A stretch of DNA of 64,000 nucleotides from Lytechinus pictus. Lineage: Eukaryota. Below, piece by piece: positions 47,763-62,213 of this stretch (position 1 is its first letter; each line of letters opens with the position of its first letter). The notes under the pieces were generated by a model that saw only the letters and a list, made by a program, of their open reading frames with translations, was not told the DNA's origin and searched no databases. The translations under genes and the position numbers were made by a program. Where the stretch lies: NCBI RefSeq assembly GCF_037042905.1, contig NC_087251.1:41480001-41544000 (forward strand). Reading direction: 5' to 3'.

Positions 47763-49655
47763 GAAAGAAAGTCAGAAACCAAGTGTATCAACACACACAC
47801 AAATGCATGTGGGGCTATTATGTATTGAGACGATGTCACTCGAAACCCGATCTGTTTGAACTAAAACAGAAGTGAAAATTTCTCCTTTTACTGCTTACAA
47901 ATGACAGAGTTACCCCAATATTTAGGAAATATGGACATTATAAGAGCTTTTCATGAGTGTGAACTGTGAATTTTGACGGTTCTGTGAGAGATTTCTGCCA
48001 GAGGTTGGCCAAGCTAGCTTCGTTCGTGCAGCCAGTAGAAAATTTACCATGTGGGCTGTGTGGCTGGCTACATGTACACTGTATGGTACCTTGATAAAAA
48101 TTACATGCGATTCATTCTGTGTGTATTCTGTGTGTGACAGAAATTAACGGGAGGAAAATGGTTTGCAAATTGAGTCATGGAATATTTTTTATGTTTATGT
48201 TGGACCAGTGAATTTTACCATTTCTGGAAAAGTTACTGGCCCAACAATGGTTTTTATTACTGGTCATGTCAGACCTTTAAATCTTGCTATTTTTGGAAAA
48301 AGATTTACTGGCCCGACAATGATATTTTTTTTACTGGTCATGTCGGACCAGAAAATCTTGCTATTTCTGAAAATCTACTGGCCCGACAGCCATTTTTACC
48401 GGTCAGGACCGTCGGACTGGCGCTAGTGTCGCGCCCTGAATAAGGGTGTTAAAAACACTAAAATAACCCTAACCCTATTTCGCTAGGAAAGCTACCTGTT
48501 TAGGGTCAAATTTGTAAGGGTAAAAGACTAAAAAATAAGGATGTACTTTTTGCCCCGACAGTCAACGCTACGTGCTTAGAGTCTGACTTGCGCGAGATGT
48601 GGGAGGTGGGGCCGTACTAAACACAATGAAGTAGGTGAAGGTAAAACCGACGTCTGTGACATATAACAATTAAAATATCACTGTACTTGTTTAGGTGTTA
48701 ATTTCAGGGAATACTTGCCAAGGGTATCGTTTTGTTTCCAATACTTGTTAAGGGTAGGGTTTCACATGCCAATGCTTGTTAAGGGGTGCATTTTCAGAAT
48801 ATGGAAAATGCTTGTTTAGGGTGCTTTTCGCGACCCCATGGTCGCGCATGATCAAGGGCGGAAATCTGTCTCCAAAGGTAGGGGGGACCATCGGCTGGGA
48901 AATTTGACAAGCAAAAAAAAAAAAAGTTATCACCCCAAATGTAAGGTAATTTCGACCAAAATAAATTTGACAAGCATTAGATATTGTGTCCCCCCTACTA
49001 TTTTGGGTAGAGAGGACACGTCCCCCATGGGATTTCTGCCCATGCGCATGATATCCACTCGTCAATGGATGTGGCCCTCCCCCGGGCTTTAATCCTAACA
49101 GTCCTAGGGCTAGGGGACCTTAATTGCTCCCTCAAAAATGTTTATGATAAATCCACAACATGACAAGGTCACGTCATATCGTTCAAGACCTTTTTTGGGA
49201 TGCACGTATGGGTATGCGGTTATGATATTACACAAGAGTGTGTCAGACCCTGAATTGCTTACAAATTTGATTTTTGGTGTAATGTGAATTCTCGCCAAAA
49301 TTTGTATCTGTGTCACTATTTGTACTTTTTAATGATTGGAAAGTTATTGGCAATAATCGCATTAAAAAAAAACAATAAAAGAAGGAGAAAAAAAATATAC
49401 TGATTTTGTTCTAACATGCATTTGATCAGAATTCCTCTTTTAAAAAAATAAGCAGATCAAAGGCTTATAAACTTGTATTTCATGCACTAAAATTGGTGTA
49501 ATGTAATTCAGAAATTGATGTGTAAATGTATTATTAATTTCTCTTTGTGTATATAAATATGTTTAATCGTTTTATGATTTCTGTACACAGTGTATGCTGA
49601 ATCATTTATTTTTATTATTATTTATTTATTTTTATTTGTTAATTTTTTATTCATT

Positions 49656-49692
<37 letters not shown>

Positions 49693-49742
49693 TATAAATA
49701 TACATATATATATATGTATATACAAATATGTATATATATATT

Positions 49743-50748
49743 CAAGGCTCGACATTAGCGGTGGCCCGGGGCCACCAGAAATTCACCTCGGGCAACCATT
49801 ATTTAAAAAATATTAAGTTTTGGTGGCCCGAATCGGGCAACCAATAATTTTCAGAATAGCGCAATTTTTCTCCCCATTTTGCACGCATTTATCAACTTTC
49901 TACAGTTCAAATTGCAAGCCAGTTCGTCATGCGCCCTTTTTGTTGATCTACACACAAACCCACACACAAAGTTGGCCTACCGCTATAGCATTAAGTAGCT
50001 TTTATCCAGCCGGCCGCGCCGGCCGGCTGGCGTGAGCTTTGCATGCTTGAAGCAGCTGTGCATTAGCAGCCTATTCAGACTCAGGGAGCTGCAATACGAA
50101 ATGTTGCTGCTAAGAAATCTTCCACAGAACGGTGAAAATCCAAGTCAAAGTCACATTTTACACCAATGAAATGCCCTTCTACAGACCTTTTTGCTAAAAT
50201 CTGGTGTATCCTGATTATTTGCAAGCATTGAAAAGAGGAATCATGACCTCTATTTTGACTCAAAAAGACCGATTTCCAAATGAAAATAATGCACATAAAA
50301 ACACATAGGTGAGTACATCACAGTCCCACATGTGCATTTGTATGTATGTTGTTACTTGGTTTCTTTCGAAGCTGTGTCTTTTCCGGTCTTTTCTAGCCAA
50401 AAATAAACAGACAGTTACTTTCTTTCTTGTTTATAAATGACTTCTTAAACAACTCTTGAGAAAGTAAATACTTTGGGAAGGCATTTCATTAATATGAAAT
50501 GTGAATTTTTCCAACATTTTGGCAAATTTAGGGAAGGAATTTTCTCACACTTGTTTTTGCCGTTTTGTTATTTTCTTACATTTTTTTGGACAGTGGTTAA
50601 ACCATTTATACCCATTTATTCATTTTTAATGTTTTTCTTTATATTTTTCGGGCCACCAAACTTTAATATCGGGCCACCAAAAAAAATTATTTGAAGGTTT
50701 TGGTGGCCCGAATGGGCCACCACCAAAAAAAGTTAATGTGGAGCCTTG
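49743..50748. mobile_element. P-element-like MITE, 7-bp TSD
   Basis: ATATATT|CAAGGCTCGACATTA...TAATGTGGAGCCTTG|ATATATT; subterminal GGTGGCCCG repeats. Confidence 0.75.
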
Positions 50749-51851
50749 ATATATTGTTTATTTCTTTATTTTATCTTATTTTTTATTCATAAAATGTACT
50801 TATAAAAGGGGGCCTTCACCCTACAAGCCCTGCTTTTTAGTTGGTCTTCTTCCCTTTCGATTTCATGGTATTATTGTATTATAAAAAATTATTTAAATGT
50901 TATATTTTGTAAATATGTATATTGAACTATCATTGTAAATGTAAAAAGATTGAAAGAGGAAATAAATGAATTGAATACATATTGAATATAATCAATTAGT
51001 TAACTGGAGAAATTTGGTTAATTATCTATTTTGTAATCTTAATTTTTAGTACAAATGTTGTGTATCATTGCAACAACCCATGATGTAGTCATTTTGCCAA
51101 ACATATACATGTATACAGTGACAAGAATTTTGGGGGCAAAAATGTGAAATTAAATGTTATGATTTGATAAGTGTAATTAGTATGCATACAATAACAGATA
51201 ATTATTCAATTTTTGTTACAGATTTAATTATTGATTTACAAGATTAAAACGGCAAAATATGAGGGTGATCCAATGTTACATTAACTTTTGACACTATCTT
51301 ATGTGCAGCAGGTCTAATTTAAGAAAAACACTTTTCAAAATTCATATTTACATTGACGTCTATGTAATGATTAGCTTTTAACTAGTCATTTTAAGGAAAA
51401 ATAAAGGTATTTGAGACTTAAAACACCAAATATAATATCAAACAAATATTTTTTTCACCATTTTTACCCTGTTCGCGAAATTGGACCACCTTTACATGCG
51501 ACCATGTGTGTTCTTGAGGATGATAAGGTCAAAAGTCATCTAGGGGTCAAAAGATCATACTGCATTTTATTGATCGCGAAATCAGTCTTCTGGTTTGTGA
51601 ACCACCTTGTTTATATTATTTACAACATGACTTAATCATATTAATGGATAACATAAATATGGCTTTATAATTTTGATTGATGCACATTACAAGACTTAAA
51701 TTTGTATCCGAAGTAGACTTAATTGCCATTTCAGAAAATTAAAATCATTGACATGATAAGAATAGTCGCCTGTGGAAAGAACAAAACAAATAATCCAAGA
51801 TGAATAGCAAAGAAAAAGAATATTCAACTCTCCGAAACCTTCATGTATATA

Positions 51852-52250
51852 CAGCGCGCGACACTGGTACTGGTCTGATGGTCACAGACCAGTAACTTGT
51901 CATAAATAGCCAGATTTACTGGTCCAATATGGCCAGTAAAAATATATATTAAACTGATACGTATGATATTTTCTTCTCTTTTGTAAATTATAAAAATGGC
52001 TCTGGTGTCTTAAAAAGTGGCTCTCATGAATTGTGTTGTGTGTGTTTGTACTTTTTTTTTGGGGGGTGGGGGGGAAACAATGAGCAATAAAAGACAGCAA
52101 AATAAACTTGTCTTTATTACGTTTTTCTATATTTTGGGCGACCAATAAATTTTAGGTTTGGACCAGTAAAAAAATATGAAAAACTCGGGTTCTACTTGTC
52201 CGACATGAACAGGTTGGACCAGTAGAAAAAAGGGTAAGTGTGGAGCCCTG
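51852..52250. mobile_element. P-element-like MITE (short reverse copy of 44069-48438), 7-bp TSD
   Basis: GTATATA|CAGCGCGCGACACT...AGTGTGGAGCCCTG|GTATATA. Confidence 0.75.
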
Positions 52251-53096
52251 GTATATATGAATTTAAAAATACAAAATAATTTTTAAACAACAATGTGTTG
52301 TCAATTTTGTTTGTTTCATTCAAAAATAAAAAATTCTTTTGCATTGAATTTGAGTTTTGTCTGAGAGCCAACAGCCTGTAGAGTCCATCTCTAATTGATC
52401 TTCCAGTCATGTCTGCCATTATTAGAAGGGCACTTTCCCCCATGGCTCATTACAATAAAAACACTCGTGACTCGTCCTCAGTTTGGCTCAAAGCAGTGAT
52501 CTCCTCTGCTTTGCTCTCCTTTTATGTGATCATAATCTGTAGTGGAGTCACATGAATGCTGTGGCAGACATTCTATGATTCTTAACTAGCTATTATTGAT
52601 GTTCATCCTGAGACGAACATCACGATATTTAAGTCTGGTTTGGAATCGTGGTTGGATCATTTGCATTTCTTATACAGGGGACATGTTCTGTTTTCACATG
52701 TATATCGCCTGTGTACAATGTTGATCAGGACTCAAGTGTGACCTGTTGTTTTGTACATTACATTCGTAGATAATATCTGGTAATATGAGCACAGCTCCTT
52801 GAAGTGGGCTGTGGTATATTCAGGAAATTACAATCGTTTTTCCCTTCATTTCACAGACTAACATATTGTATGAATAATGATTTCTCCAGGTATTGGTAAT
52901 ACCTCTCAACGTCATTGTAGATGTAGATGGTATCAAAACTTCTCGATAGGCGTATTTCACTTTCAGCAAGCATTATTTCCTGTTATTCCCATACGCTGCT
53001 ACCCATTTACGTGTCTTCAAACTCTCAAGCAGCATGCCATTTTAGTTGGCCAAAAAGTGTTTTTTTACTCCCTTTCTGTTCTCCTTTTCCCTACAG

Positions 53097-53351
53097 AGAC
53101 TGGAGTGCAGCTGTCACGTGCTCAGGTACAGTCTAAAGAGGAAGGGGACAATTTTCACTCTAGTCGACGCTGATGCTGTGTTGTTGAGTAGCTCATTTAT
53201 CGCATGCGTGCTGAATGCTGCCCTGATCATTCGATGTACATAGGACAGCCGCTGTTGGACTAGCTGGATATTTTATGCTCTGTCCTGGACTGCTGGATAA
53301 TAACCAGGCGATTGATACAAGATCCCGGAGGATCATGGGGAGTTAGATCAG
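53097..53351 (+). other. Putative non-coding (5'UTR) exon of an unidentified + strand gene
   Basis: Strong pyrimidine tract plus ctacag|, GC-richer body, CAG|gtttgt donor; only short ATG-initiated ORFs inside. Confidence 0.35.
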
Positions 53352-53750
53352 GTTTGTTTCTTTATTCTCCACAGTCATGTGACAATATAATATTTAGTTA
53401 GAATTGCAAGCGATATGTTTAGATTGGTAAAACCATTAACAACCAAGATTACATCTTGCAACATCGGTGCCACCTAGTTTATCTTGATTTCAAGAAAGTC
53501 TTGTCATTTCCCTTGCTACATTTATTTATAGATACCGGTAATGTACTGCATGTAGGCCTATATTGTTGATGGGAGCTTGCCAGTTTTAAGCTGGAGGTTT
53601 ATGTACGTGTCGTGTAGAAATAGGCAATAGCATACACTTTTCATGCAGATTTTGCTTCTATGCTCCCGGTCGGCCATGGACTCTTATTTTTGTTTGGAGA
53701 GTTGCAGTTTAAAATGCATATCGCTGCATGTACAGGTAATATGGAATCAT

Positions 53751-54053
53751 TGGCCCTTATTCTAAAGTCGGGTTTAACTTAGACCATGGTCTAACTCTGT
53801 GCTAAAATTATGGGAAGCCAAACATTTCAAAATTTTGTTTACAGTGAATGCTTCTCATGTTTAACGTGCTCTTTACTAATTATTTAATGGTGAAGACAAC
53901 GGTCATACTCACCCTTCCCTGCCAGAATATTAATGTTTTGGGAGTCAAATGAGCTAATACATTGAACCTCTACAGTTATAGACTTCTGTAACGACTGGCT
54001 TTCCATAACTGAAAACCAGAGTTGAAATTAAACCCGCCTTCAGAATACAGGCC
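53751..54053. mobile_element. Harbinger-like MITE
   Basis: TGGCCCTTATTCTAAAGTCGGGTTTAA...AAACCCGCCTTCAGAATACAGGCCA. Confidence 0.65.
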
Positions 54054-54117
54054 ATTGACTATAAGACATGAGTAGCTGCACAGGTGATGCATTTCATGGG
54101 TCATTGGTAGTGTTACT

Positions 54118-54279
54118 CAGGGGCCGCGGAACCAGGGGGGGGGGGGCTGGGGGGGGGGCTTCAGCCCCCCCCCCCCCCACTTTTTCCAAAACCGTGTACA
54201 AAAACGTAAAAATGACCATATGATTGTGATTTTTAGCATGGTCAGCCCCCCCACTTTGAAAACCATTCCGCGGCCCCTG
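54118..54279. mobile_element. Short GC-ended MITE, 5-bp TSD TTACT
   Basis: TTACT|CAGGGGCCGCGGAA...TTCCGCGGCCCCTG|TTACT. Confidence 0.75.
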
Positions 54280-54426
54280 TTACTGTTATGCTGCAGCTAT
54301 AGTCGCACCAACTGACTTGTAACTGACTGATGATAATGCTATTCAAAATAATGTAATCGCTTTGATTGGTCTAGGGTCTGTTTTATGATATTATTATATA
54401 TTTATGATATTATATATATATAATGT

Positions 54427-54563
54427 GGAGCGTTGTGGCCCCGTGGATCAGTCTTCTGACTTTGAAACAGAGGGTCGTGGGTTCGAATCCCAGCCATGGC
54501 GAAATTTTCTTCAGCAAGAAATTTATCCACATTGTGCTGCACTCAACCCAGGTGAGGTGAATT
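54427..54563 (+). mobile_element. tRNA-derived SINE, 3'-truncated
   Basis: A-box TGGCCCCGTGG, B-box GGGTTCGAATCCC, followed by a non-tRNA core ...CACTCAACCCAGGTG. Confidence 0.72.
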
Positions 54564-57500
54564 ATTATTATTAGGCCTATATTTTTGATGGCCTTCATTT
54601 GTACTTTAGGAATAAAAAAATGGGAGAGTAGAGTAATTTGTTTTTGTTCTTGCTCTCTCATTTGTAATGAAATGTGATGGTGTAGTACCCATACTTCTGG
54701 TGCATTTCTTTGTTAACATACGGTAGTCTTGCAGAGGATAAGCAGTAGAAACGTTCATTTATTTTCCTATTGTAATTTCTAAAGTGTATCTCATGCATGA
54801 CTATAAACTATGTTATTGTTTAATGTTTGCAGCTGTCTTTTGTTCTGTCTGATGAATAGGTAGCTTTTCATTCCTTATTTGACGATCAACCGTGGGTAGT
54901 GTTTCACAAAACATTTCTGCATCGGTTTTCACTGACAAATTTTCTCTCAGCCAGTCAGATGCAAGAATTTCAGTAGCCTAGAACAATCTTTTTCTTGAAA
55001 GCAACCCAGACATAAGGATGCCTTGTAGTGTATGATAATCATTGGACAAATGATGGTTACAGGCAAAGGCAGTTACTTGTACTCAACTACTAGATGATTC
55101 TATAGGATTCATAAGTGATGCATTATTATGACTGCAGAGTCACATCCCTTTTTAGTTTGCCCCACATGACTTAAGTTGTGATAACGTACTTTAAATTTTG
55201 CAACATTCTTGGTTTACCAGGAGACAAATAGGAGTCTAGATAGCTCTAAGACTATTTCAAGTACTGTAATGGCCATGACTTTGATATTTTTGTAATCTTC
55301 AATGCATGTGTATTGTGCAGAGCTGGTGATAAAAAAAAATTAAATTGTAAGTGATGAATGGAATGTCATCTGGGGGCAATGGCATCGTGGCTCCATATCA
55401 CAATACTTTGCAATCAATCGCTAAATGGCAATAGCGAATCAAGATCATTGTTGCATGCCCCGTTTGTTTTAAACACCAACCAGGAACCAATTGGAGTTTT
55501 TCTTTCAGATTTGCAATCAATTGCAAATCTTTGTGTTATGGGGCCCTGATCTGATTTTGGATTGCTTCCGAAAATGTGATTACAGTGAACTCTGAGATAA
55601 TGCGAAAGTAGACTTTGTAATCAACAAATGTTAATTGTCTCTATATCATTGTGGATCTAGATCTGGTACAGTCATATTAACTTATTAACTGAAAAATAAG
55701 CTGAGAAATGATAACACTGAAGATCACCAACACAGATAAGCACACATGGGACAGTGTACATGACTTATTATTGCATGGAAAATGACCCGACATCATACAA
55801 GAATTTAATTTCATGCTTGTCTTTAGTAAGTTTTCTAAACAATTAGACCTACACAATTTCTTCCAGAATGCTTTGGCACATTAAAAAAAAATATAAATAC
55901 CTACTGTACACCTGGGCAGTCATTTGATTGGATTCTGTACGAACTCATTTTGAAATCATGACCACAACTGGCATTTATTTTAAAGATAGACAACCTGATA
56001 TTTGCAATCATAAAACACAGAGCTCTGTATGCTGTTTTGTAAACTTGAGTTGATGATATGAGATATATGACATTTCGGTAACTCGATGTTTTACCTTTAG
56101 GGCACATCCTCTTCATTTTATAAAATGAGGAACTAAAGAGTATTAGATTATTCCTGGCCAGTTTCATGTTACAGGATATTTGGAGCAGTCTTAATATCCC
56201 TTCCTGTCTTCTTCCATTCATGGCATGGCATGATCTGAAAAATGAGACACAGTAGTGAGCTTCGTAATAACCTTCTTCCCTGTCTCTACAAAATTGATGG
56301 TATCAGTTAAGGCCATTGTTTGGGATCATTGGTCAGGCTTGTGCAAGTGTGGTAGCGTATTATTTTATTGAATTTTTAAGACTATTTTTGTGACTACACC
56401 ATTAGGTACATTTTTATATTGATGTACATGTAAGTTGAAATTACATGACTTTTACAGCGTATTAAATTTGTATAGGCCTGTATCATCGCATTATCAGTCA
56501 GATCAGGACCAAGCTACACTGCATTTGTTATTAGTGTGTCAAACACTTGTATGTGTTTTGGGGAACATTTTATGTACTTTATTTACTGTATGTTTCTCTT
56601 GATCATGTTACTCAGTCTTGCATGTATAATACTATCAATGATAATGGCCAAAAATGTAACATTCACATGCACGTTGTGACTCTTGCACGTTGTGACTCTT
56701 GCAGTGCTGAGACATGGTTACCTTGGATATACTCAGCTGAGATATGAAATGCAAAGTTAAGCATGATGGTTACCCATACACCTGGGTGGAAAGTGGCAAA
56801 TACAGTGCATATCTTGTCAATGGACAATAGTGCTATGTTAGGATTTGACTTTTCTTTTAGAAATTAATTTCTAATTCTATACTAAGGTTCATCTGGGAAG
56901 CCACTCATTTACTTATGATATTTCTATGTTTGCTAGTGAAGTAGACCTTCTACAAGTGTAAACCCCTATGGAAATAAGCCAGAAAAAAAAATGTAGGGAG
57001 GAGGGGGTGCTTTACATGTTTAAACTCATCACATGCCTCCACCAGCAAAAATTACCCTTTTGCATGTTTTTCTGGTTGCATGTGTCCAGCAATATAGTTT
57101 TTTAGCATCAGTGTTGGAGAAAACAATCATAAACTTTTCATCTAAAGTAGCGTACAAGCATGTTTTCTGTCATTTCAAAGAATCCTATGTACATGTAGAC
57201 GTGTACATTAACACCCATGTACTACCAAGGAGTTACTCCTTGGTACTACTGTCACTACTACCCACCCTGAACATTGCATTGCAGACAAGCAAAATCAATT
57301 CTCATTTCAATCCATCGTGAACAACGCTGACATCATCAAGATGTCCCAGATCACCTATCTACATCAACTACATTATGATTGTTTCCTCTTTAACATGATA
57401 AGGCACAAGGGTTTTTAGATGACACATTGATGACATCCAATCAGGTAAATTTTACAAGTTCCATGATACGCAACTGCAAGTGACCTTGTCATGACCCGAA

Positions 57501-59289
57501 TGCTGGTGGACTTCAAAGAGTTTATGAATCATCATCAATCAATAATGTGCTGCTCAATGGGAAGGCCATTTCATATATGCATCTAATTTGCTTGATAAAT
57601 CATATCTGTGTGGCTACCTGGGCTAGGCTACATGTATGTATGTGCTCATGTCTTGGTGAGTGTCACTGTTTGTTCTCTATTTTGTGGGTAGGGAATTTAT
57701 TATCAGCACTTGAATCCATCTCATTCTAGTGATAGTCTCTAGGATCAGACTTTAATTTCACTCATTAATCAATGTATGAGCTTCATTACATAGCCAGCAT
57801 GTTCAGTAGAGATCCTCTAAATCTATATATTCCTGAAGACTCATCTTTGGAGTTGAGCATGGAGGTAATGCCTACCTACAAGTAGATCTGCATACTGTGC
57901 AGCATTACTACCTTATTTGTTTAGCTTAATAATTGCTTATTGCACAGGGATCCACAAGACACCACGATCCCGATTTATGGAACTCTACTGGTCAGAGTCT
58001 ATCAAAAGGTGTCCATCTCTTTACTCAGTTAAAGCAAATGTTATTAAAAGTCCATTTTATTATCAGAATATCTAAAGTAAGTTTTCTGTGTCAGTATTTC
58101 AGTTAATCAAAATTTAAATCACTATTCCTTTGATTTAATCATCACCAAGTACTCTCCCATGAACATCATCTCCATGGCTTTCATTTTCACCATTATCACC
58201 ATAATCCTCTTTTTTATCATCTTCATCTTCATCATTATGAAATTATGAAATAATATTACCATTTTGCTTTATATTAAATGTATTAATTAATCTAATGAGA
58301 TTTAGTCCGGGGTTGTCATTTTTTAAAAAGCAATCTGCTTATAATGACAATCCTTCTGCAAACTGTTAATGTTATAATTTTTTGGTAGTAAATCATATTT
58401 GTTTAGAATGACTTATTATTATTTTTTCTTCATGATTCATGCCAAAAATCAAATACCAATATCATCATGTTTGTTTTGTATTGAAAAATGTGTGATATAC
58501 GAATGCTATGAGTGCAGGAGAATCACATTTTTAATGAGGTGAGAGAATTGAAAGTTTATTTCTTCATAAAAAAATCAACAATAACAGAATCAACCTTCAA
58601 TATGATTGTCTACAAAAAATGAGGGAATAGAAGCAACTATTAGGTAGTATAACCCTGAACTCCTGAAGTATATGAAATAAGAGTTTTCAGTGCTTGCTGA
58701 TAGATATTTGATTACTTTGTCATATCATATATTAATTGCACTTTGAATTGGGACTGTATTGATGATAACAATCATGCAGGGCATCAACACGAATGCAGCT
58801 GTATGGCAGTGCTGAATTTGTGCAATATTTATGTTGAGCGCAGCACGCAGCAACTGCATTGGCAATTCTCCATACAGTCGTAATGGATTAGAGTTTCATT
58901 CATTGTGCGTAAAGTATTAACTCTACTGCTGTCTGTGAAAGAGATTAGGATTAATCCCACCTCAACTTGGTGATATCACTCCCAGACATGGGTGCTGGCA
59001 TACTAATACGACCCTTGACCTTGTCATAAGGGACCATGATTCATGTATTCTGCTTCCTGCTATAGCCATCACAACTTGTTGCCAGTGGCCAATATGCCCT
59101 CTTTCCTTGCCAATATATCAAAACATAATACATCAACAGTAGCTGTGTTTGTAAAATGTTAGAAACTTTGCCCATATCATGTTTCATTGTTTAGATTGTA
59201 TTTTTTCCCTGGGGATGGGTGAAGGGGGCGTGTCACCTGCCTACCTCATAACTTCATGAATATTTGAAACCATAGACACTGGAAATGAT

Positions 59290-59882
59290 TATATGATATT
59301 GACTTGGCCTTGAGGGGAACATCATATATATTGCCCACAAAAGAATCATGTTGGCCCGAGTCTTAAGACGAGGGCAATATGGTTCTTTTAAGGGCAATAT
59401 ATTTGATGTTCCCTGAAAGGAGAGCCAGTCAATATTTTTGTTATCATCCAAGTCAGATATCTAGAGCAAGAATCATAAAAATGGAGATATTTCTTTAAGA
59501 ATAGAGTTCTATTGTATGATTTATATCATGTTAATATCAGGGTCTACGCTCTGCACTTTTATACCATTATGACGTACTTGTAAGCGCCCGGATCCAGCGT
59601 TGTCTTTTATGATGTATATTGTTGGTGCGCGGATTATTTATATGAAGCGTTTCTCTTTATACGCATCCTCAAATGCCCGGATTTGAGACCAGAGAAAATA
59701 CAAAGGCATATTTTGCGTCGTCTGCATGCAAATTTACGCACATAGAGAATGAGCAATATACAAATAATATACCTATCCCTTCCCAATATTCAGAAAATCT
59801 AGGGCAATACGGTTTTGTAAATGACCAGCTCAGATGTCTGATACGCAGCTGATTCAGGTAATAATGTCTGATATCAAATATA
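59290..59882. mobile_element. Repeat element with internal palindrome; related reverse copy around 2555-3415
   Basis: 59290-59435 is the reverse complement of 2555-2680 joined to 3400-3415. Confidence 0.6.
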
Positions 59883-59929
59883 TTAGGCCTATATGATGAG
59901 ACCCTTATGTTCTTCTGCCCATGTTTTTT

Positions 59930-61152
59930 TGTCTCGCCTGCATAGCAGAGCGAGACTATAGGCGCTGCTTTTCTGATGGCGACGGTGTCAACATTGAAAT
60001 ATTAAAAGTTAAGTTTTTAAAATTACACCATAACTTTGAAAGTATAAGGACCTAGTTCATGAAACCTCGACATAAGGGCCCGAATTCACAAAGGTGGTTT
60101 TGAAAACCCACGGTTGAATCCATGGTTTATGTAGATTTCCTGTATGAATTACGCTTAATTTACCGCGTATCGGGCGCGTGTATGAAACATGTCCAATGCT
60201 GATGCGCGCCTTTGTTACAGTGCGCCAAATTGACACCCGTTACCATGGTTAGATACGCTATTTTATTCATGAGTCCATTGTTTGAAGAGTGGACTCATTA
60301 TTCAAAACAGTGGACTCATGAATAAAATAGCGTGGATAACCACGGCGACAGGCGTCAGTTTGGCACACTGTGACAAAAGCGCGCATCAGCATTGGACATT
60401 TTTTATACGCGGGATAAGCATAATTTATACAGGAAATCTGCATAAACCATGGACTCAACCGTGGGTTTTCAAAACCTCCTTTGTGAATTCGGACCAAGGG
60501 TACCAGTAGTGAAGTATTACTGAACATCCTGCACGAGTTTCAGGTCACATGACTAAAGTCAAAGGTCATTTAAGGTCAATGGACTTTGGCCATGTTGGGG
60601 GATAAATTTTGAATTGCCATCATAACTTAGAAAGTATATGGACCTAGTTCATGAAACCTGTACATAAGGGTAGTGAAGTATTACTGAACATCCTGCCTGA
60701 GGTTTAGGTCACATGAACAAGGTCAAAGGTCATTTAGGGTCAATAGACTTAGACCATGTTGGGGGAATCAACATCGAAATCTGAACCTAAGTTTAAGTTT
60801 TCGAAATGTAATCATAACTTAGAAAAGTATATGGACCTAGTTCATGAAACTTGGACATAAGGGTAGTGAAGTATTACTGAACATCCTGCCCGAGTTTCAT
60901 GTCACATGACTAAGGTAAAAGGTCATTTTAGGTCAATGAACTTTGGCCATGTTGGGGATAATTGTTGAATTGCCATCATAAGTTTGAAAGTTATGGTTCA
61001 TGAAATGTGGACATAGGGCTAATCAAGTATCACTGATCATCTTGCACAAGTCTTAGGTCACATGATCAAGGTCAAATGTCATTTAGGGTCAATGAACATT
61101 GTATTTTTATTACACGAATGATGTACAGGGGAGACTGCCAGAGGTGCTCCAC
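59930..61152 (+). mobile_element. Helentron-associated (HINE/DINE-like) element with internal ~165-190-bp tandem repeats
   Basis: T-rich insertion site, subterminal IR TGTCTCGCCTG / CAGGGGAGAC, short internal IR GCGAGAC, 3' small stem-loop then T run, four tandem units. Confidence 0.6.
60077..60495. mobile_element. Harbinger-like near-perfect palindromic MITE nested in the Helentron-like repeat
   Basis: aag|GGCCCGAATTCACAAAGG...CCTTTGTGAATTCGGACC|aag, arms ~200 bp. Confidence 0.8.
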
Positions 61153-61778
61153 TTTTTTTTTTCCTTTCTGGAAGATGCTTTTTTTCTACAGGCCTATTTG
61201 CTTTATCATGACTTTTACACCATCGTTCTTACACCTGCAAAGAATTTTACTCCTGACATTTTACAGAAATGAAATTCAAAGAAAAAAATCATAGGCACTG
61301 ATAGATATTAAATGTGGAAATGTTAATATCTATCATTAGAAATTGTGCTCTTTGCATTATTTTATTCCATTCCTTTTTTAAAATAGAAAAGCCAGGTTTG
61401 ATCCATTAGTGAGGATCCTTCCATGGTGTTTAATTTCTTGTGCTTGTCTCCTTGAGTGATGTCTCTAAAGTGATCTTGTCCTTGGTCCTTGGAAACCCAG
61501 AGTACTTATCACTCTACCCTTGACAGTAATGGCCGTAGTGCTGATTTTAATAATACAAAGTTCACTGTGGGTTATCAGAGCTTCCTCACTCAATGCTGTG
61601 AACATTCAATGCAACAGTCATGGTGATGATAAGACATGGTTTGTGTATAATCTGGATGATAGTCACATTGGCGATGTCACCATCTAAATGTAGGTATTAC
61701 AAGAGTTTTACTTTCTTGTGGTTTGTGAGAAAATTTATCTAGGTCCTGATATGGCATGTTTACGGATAGGTAGCCTAA

Positions 61779-62213
61779 GGGTATGTTCAATGTTGATTTT
61801 CAAATTTAAACTGCAACATGAATCATGATTGAAAACTCTATTAGAAAACACAGAACACAAACGCGATCAGCGGTGCACTGTACAGTCTCCAAAAAAAAGT
61901 TGTATATGTTGATCTTCTTTAAATGTTTGTGTAGGCTTCCAATGCAAGAGCAAAGATAAAGACGTTTCAAAACTCAATTGTGTTCAATGTCGCATTCGCA
62001 ATGCTTAAGGTCGTAAAATTTTCAGCTGATCGAGTCTACCAATGCATCTTTTTCGACGTTAAATTTTCCTCGGAATCATGATTAGAAAGACATTTACTTT
62101 TAGGACCGTGAATGGAGGACATTGAAAACATCCTTTGTTTCTCATTATATCCACGTTTCGTAATCACGTTTCATGTTGCCGTTTAAATTGGGAAACCGAC
62201 ATTGAACACACCC
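61779..62213. mobile_element. Harbinger-like MITE
   Basis: taa|GGGTATGTTCAATGT...ACATTGAACACACCC|tga, ~50-bp TIRs. Confidence 0.65.

Larger units (their letters stand above)
44069..48438. mobile_element. P-element-like non-autonomous element, 7-bp TSD, carrying nested inserts
   Basis: AATAAGG|CAGGGCTCCACACTA...TAGTGTCGCGCCCTG|AATAAGG; subterminal TACTGGTCC/GGACCAGTA repeats. Confidence 0.72.

Noticed and set aside
52300..52870. Possible old LINE remnant on the - strand
   Set aside because: Too degenerate for me to support a reading frame or family
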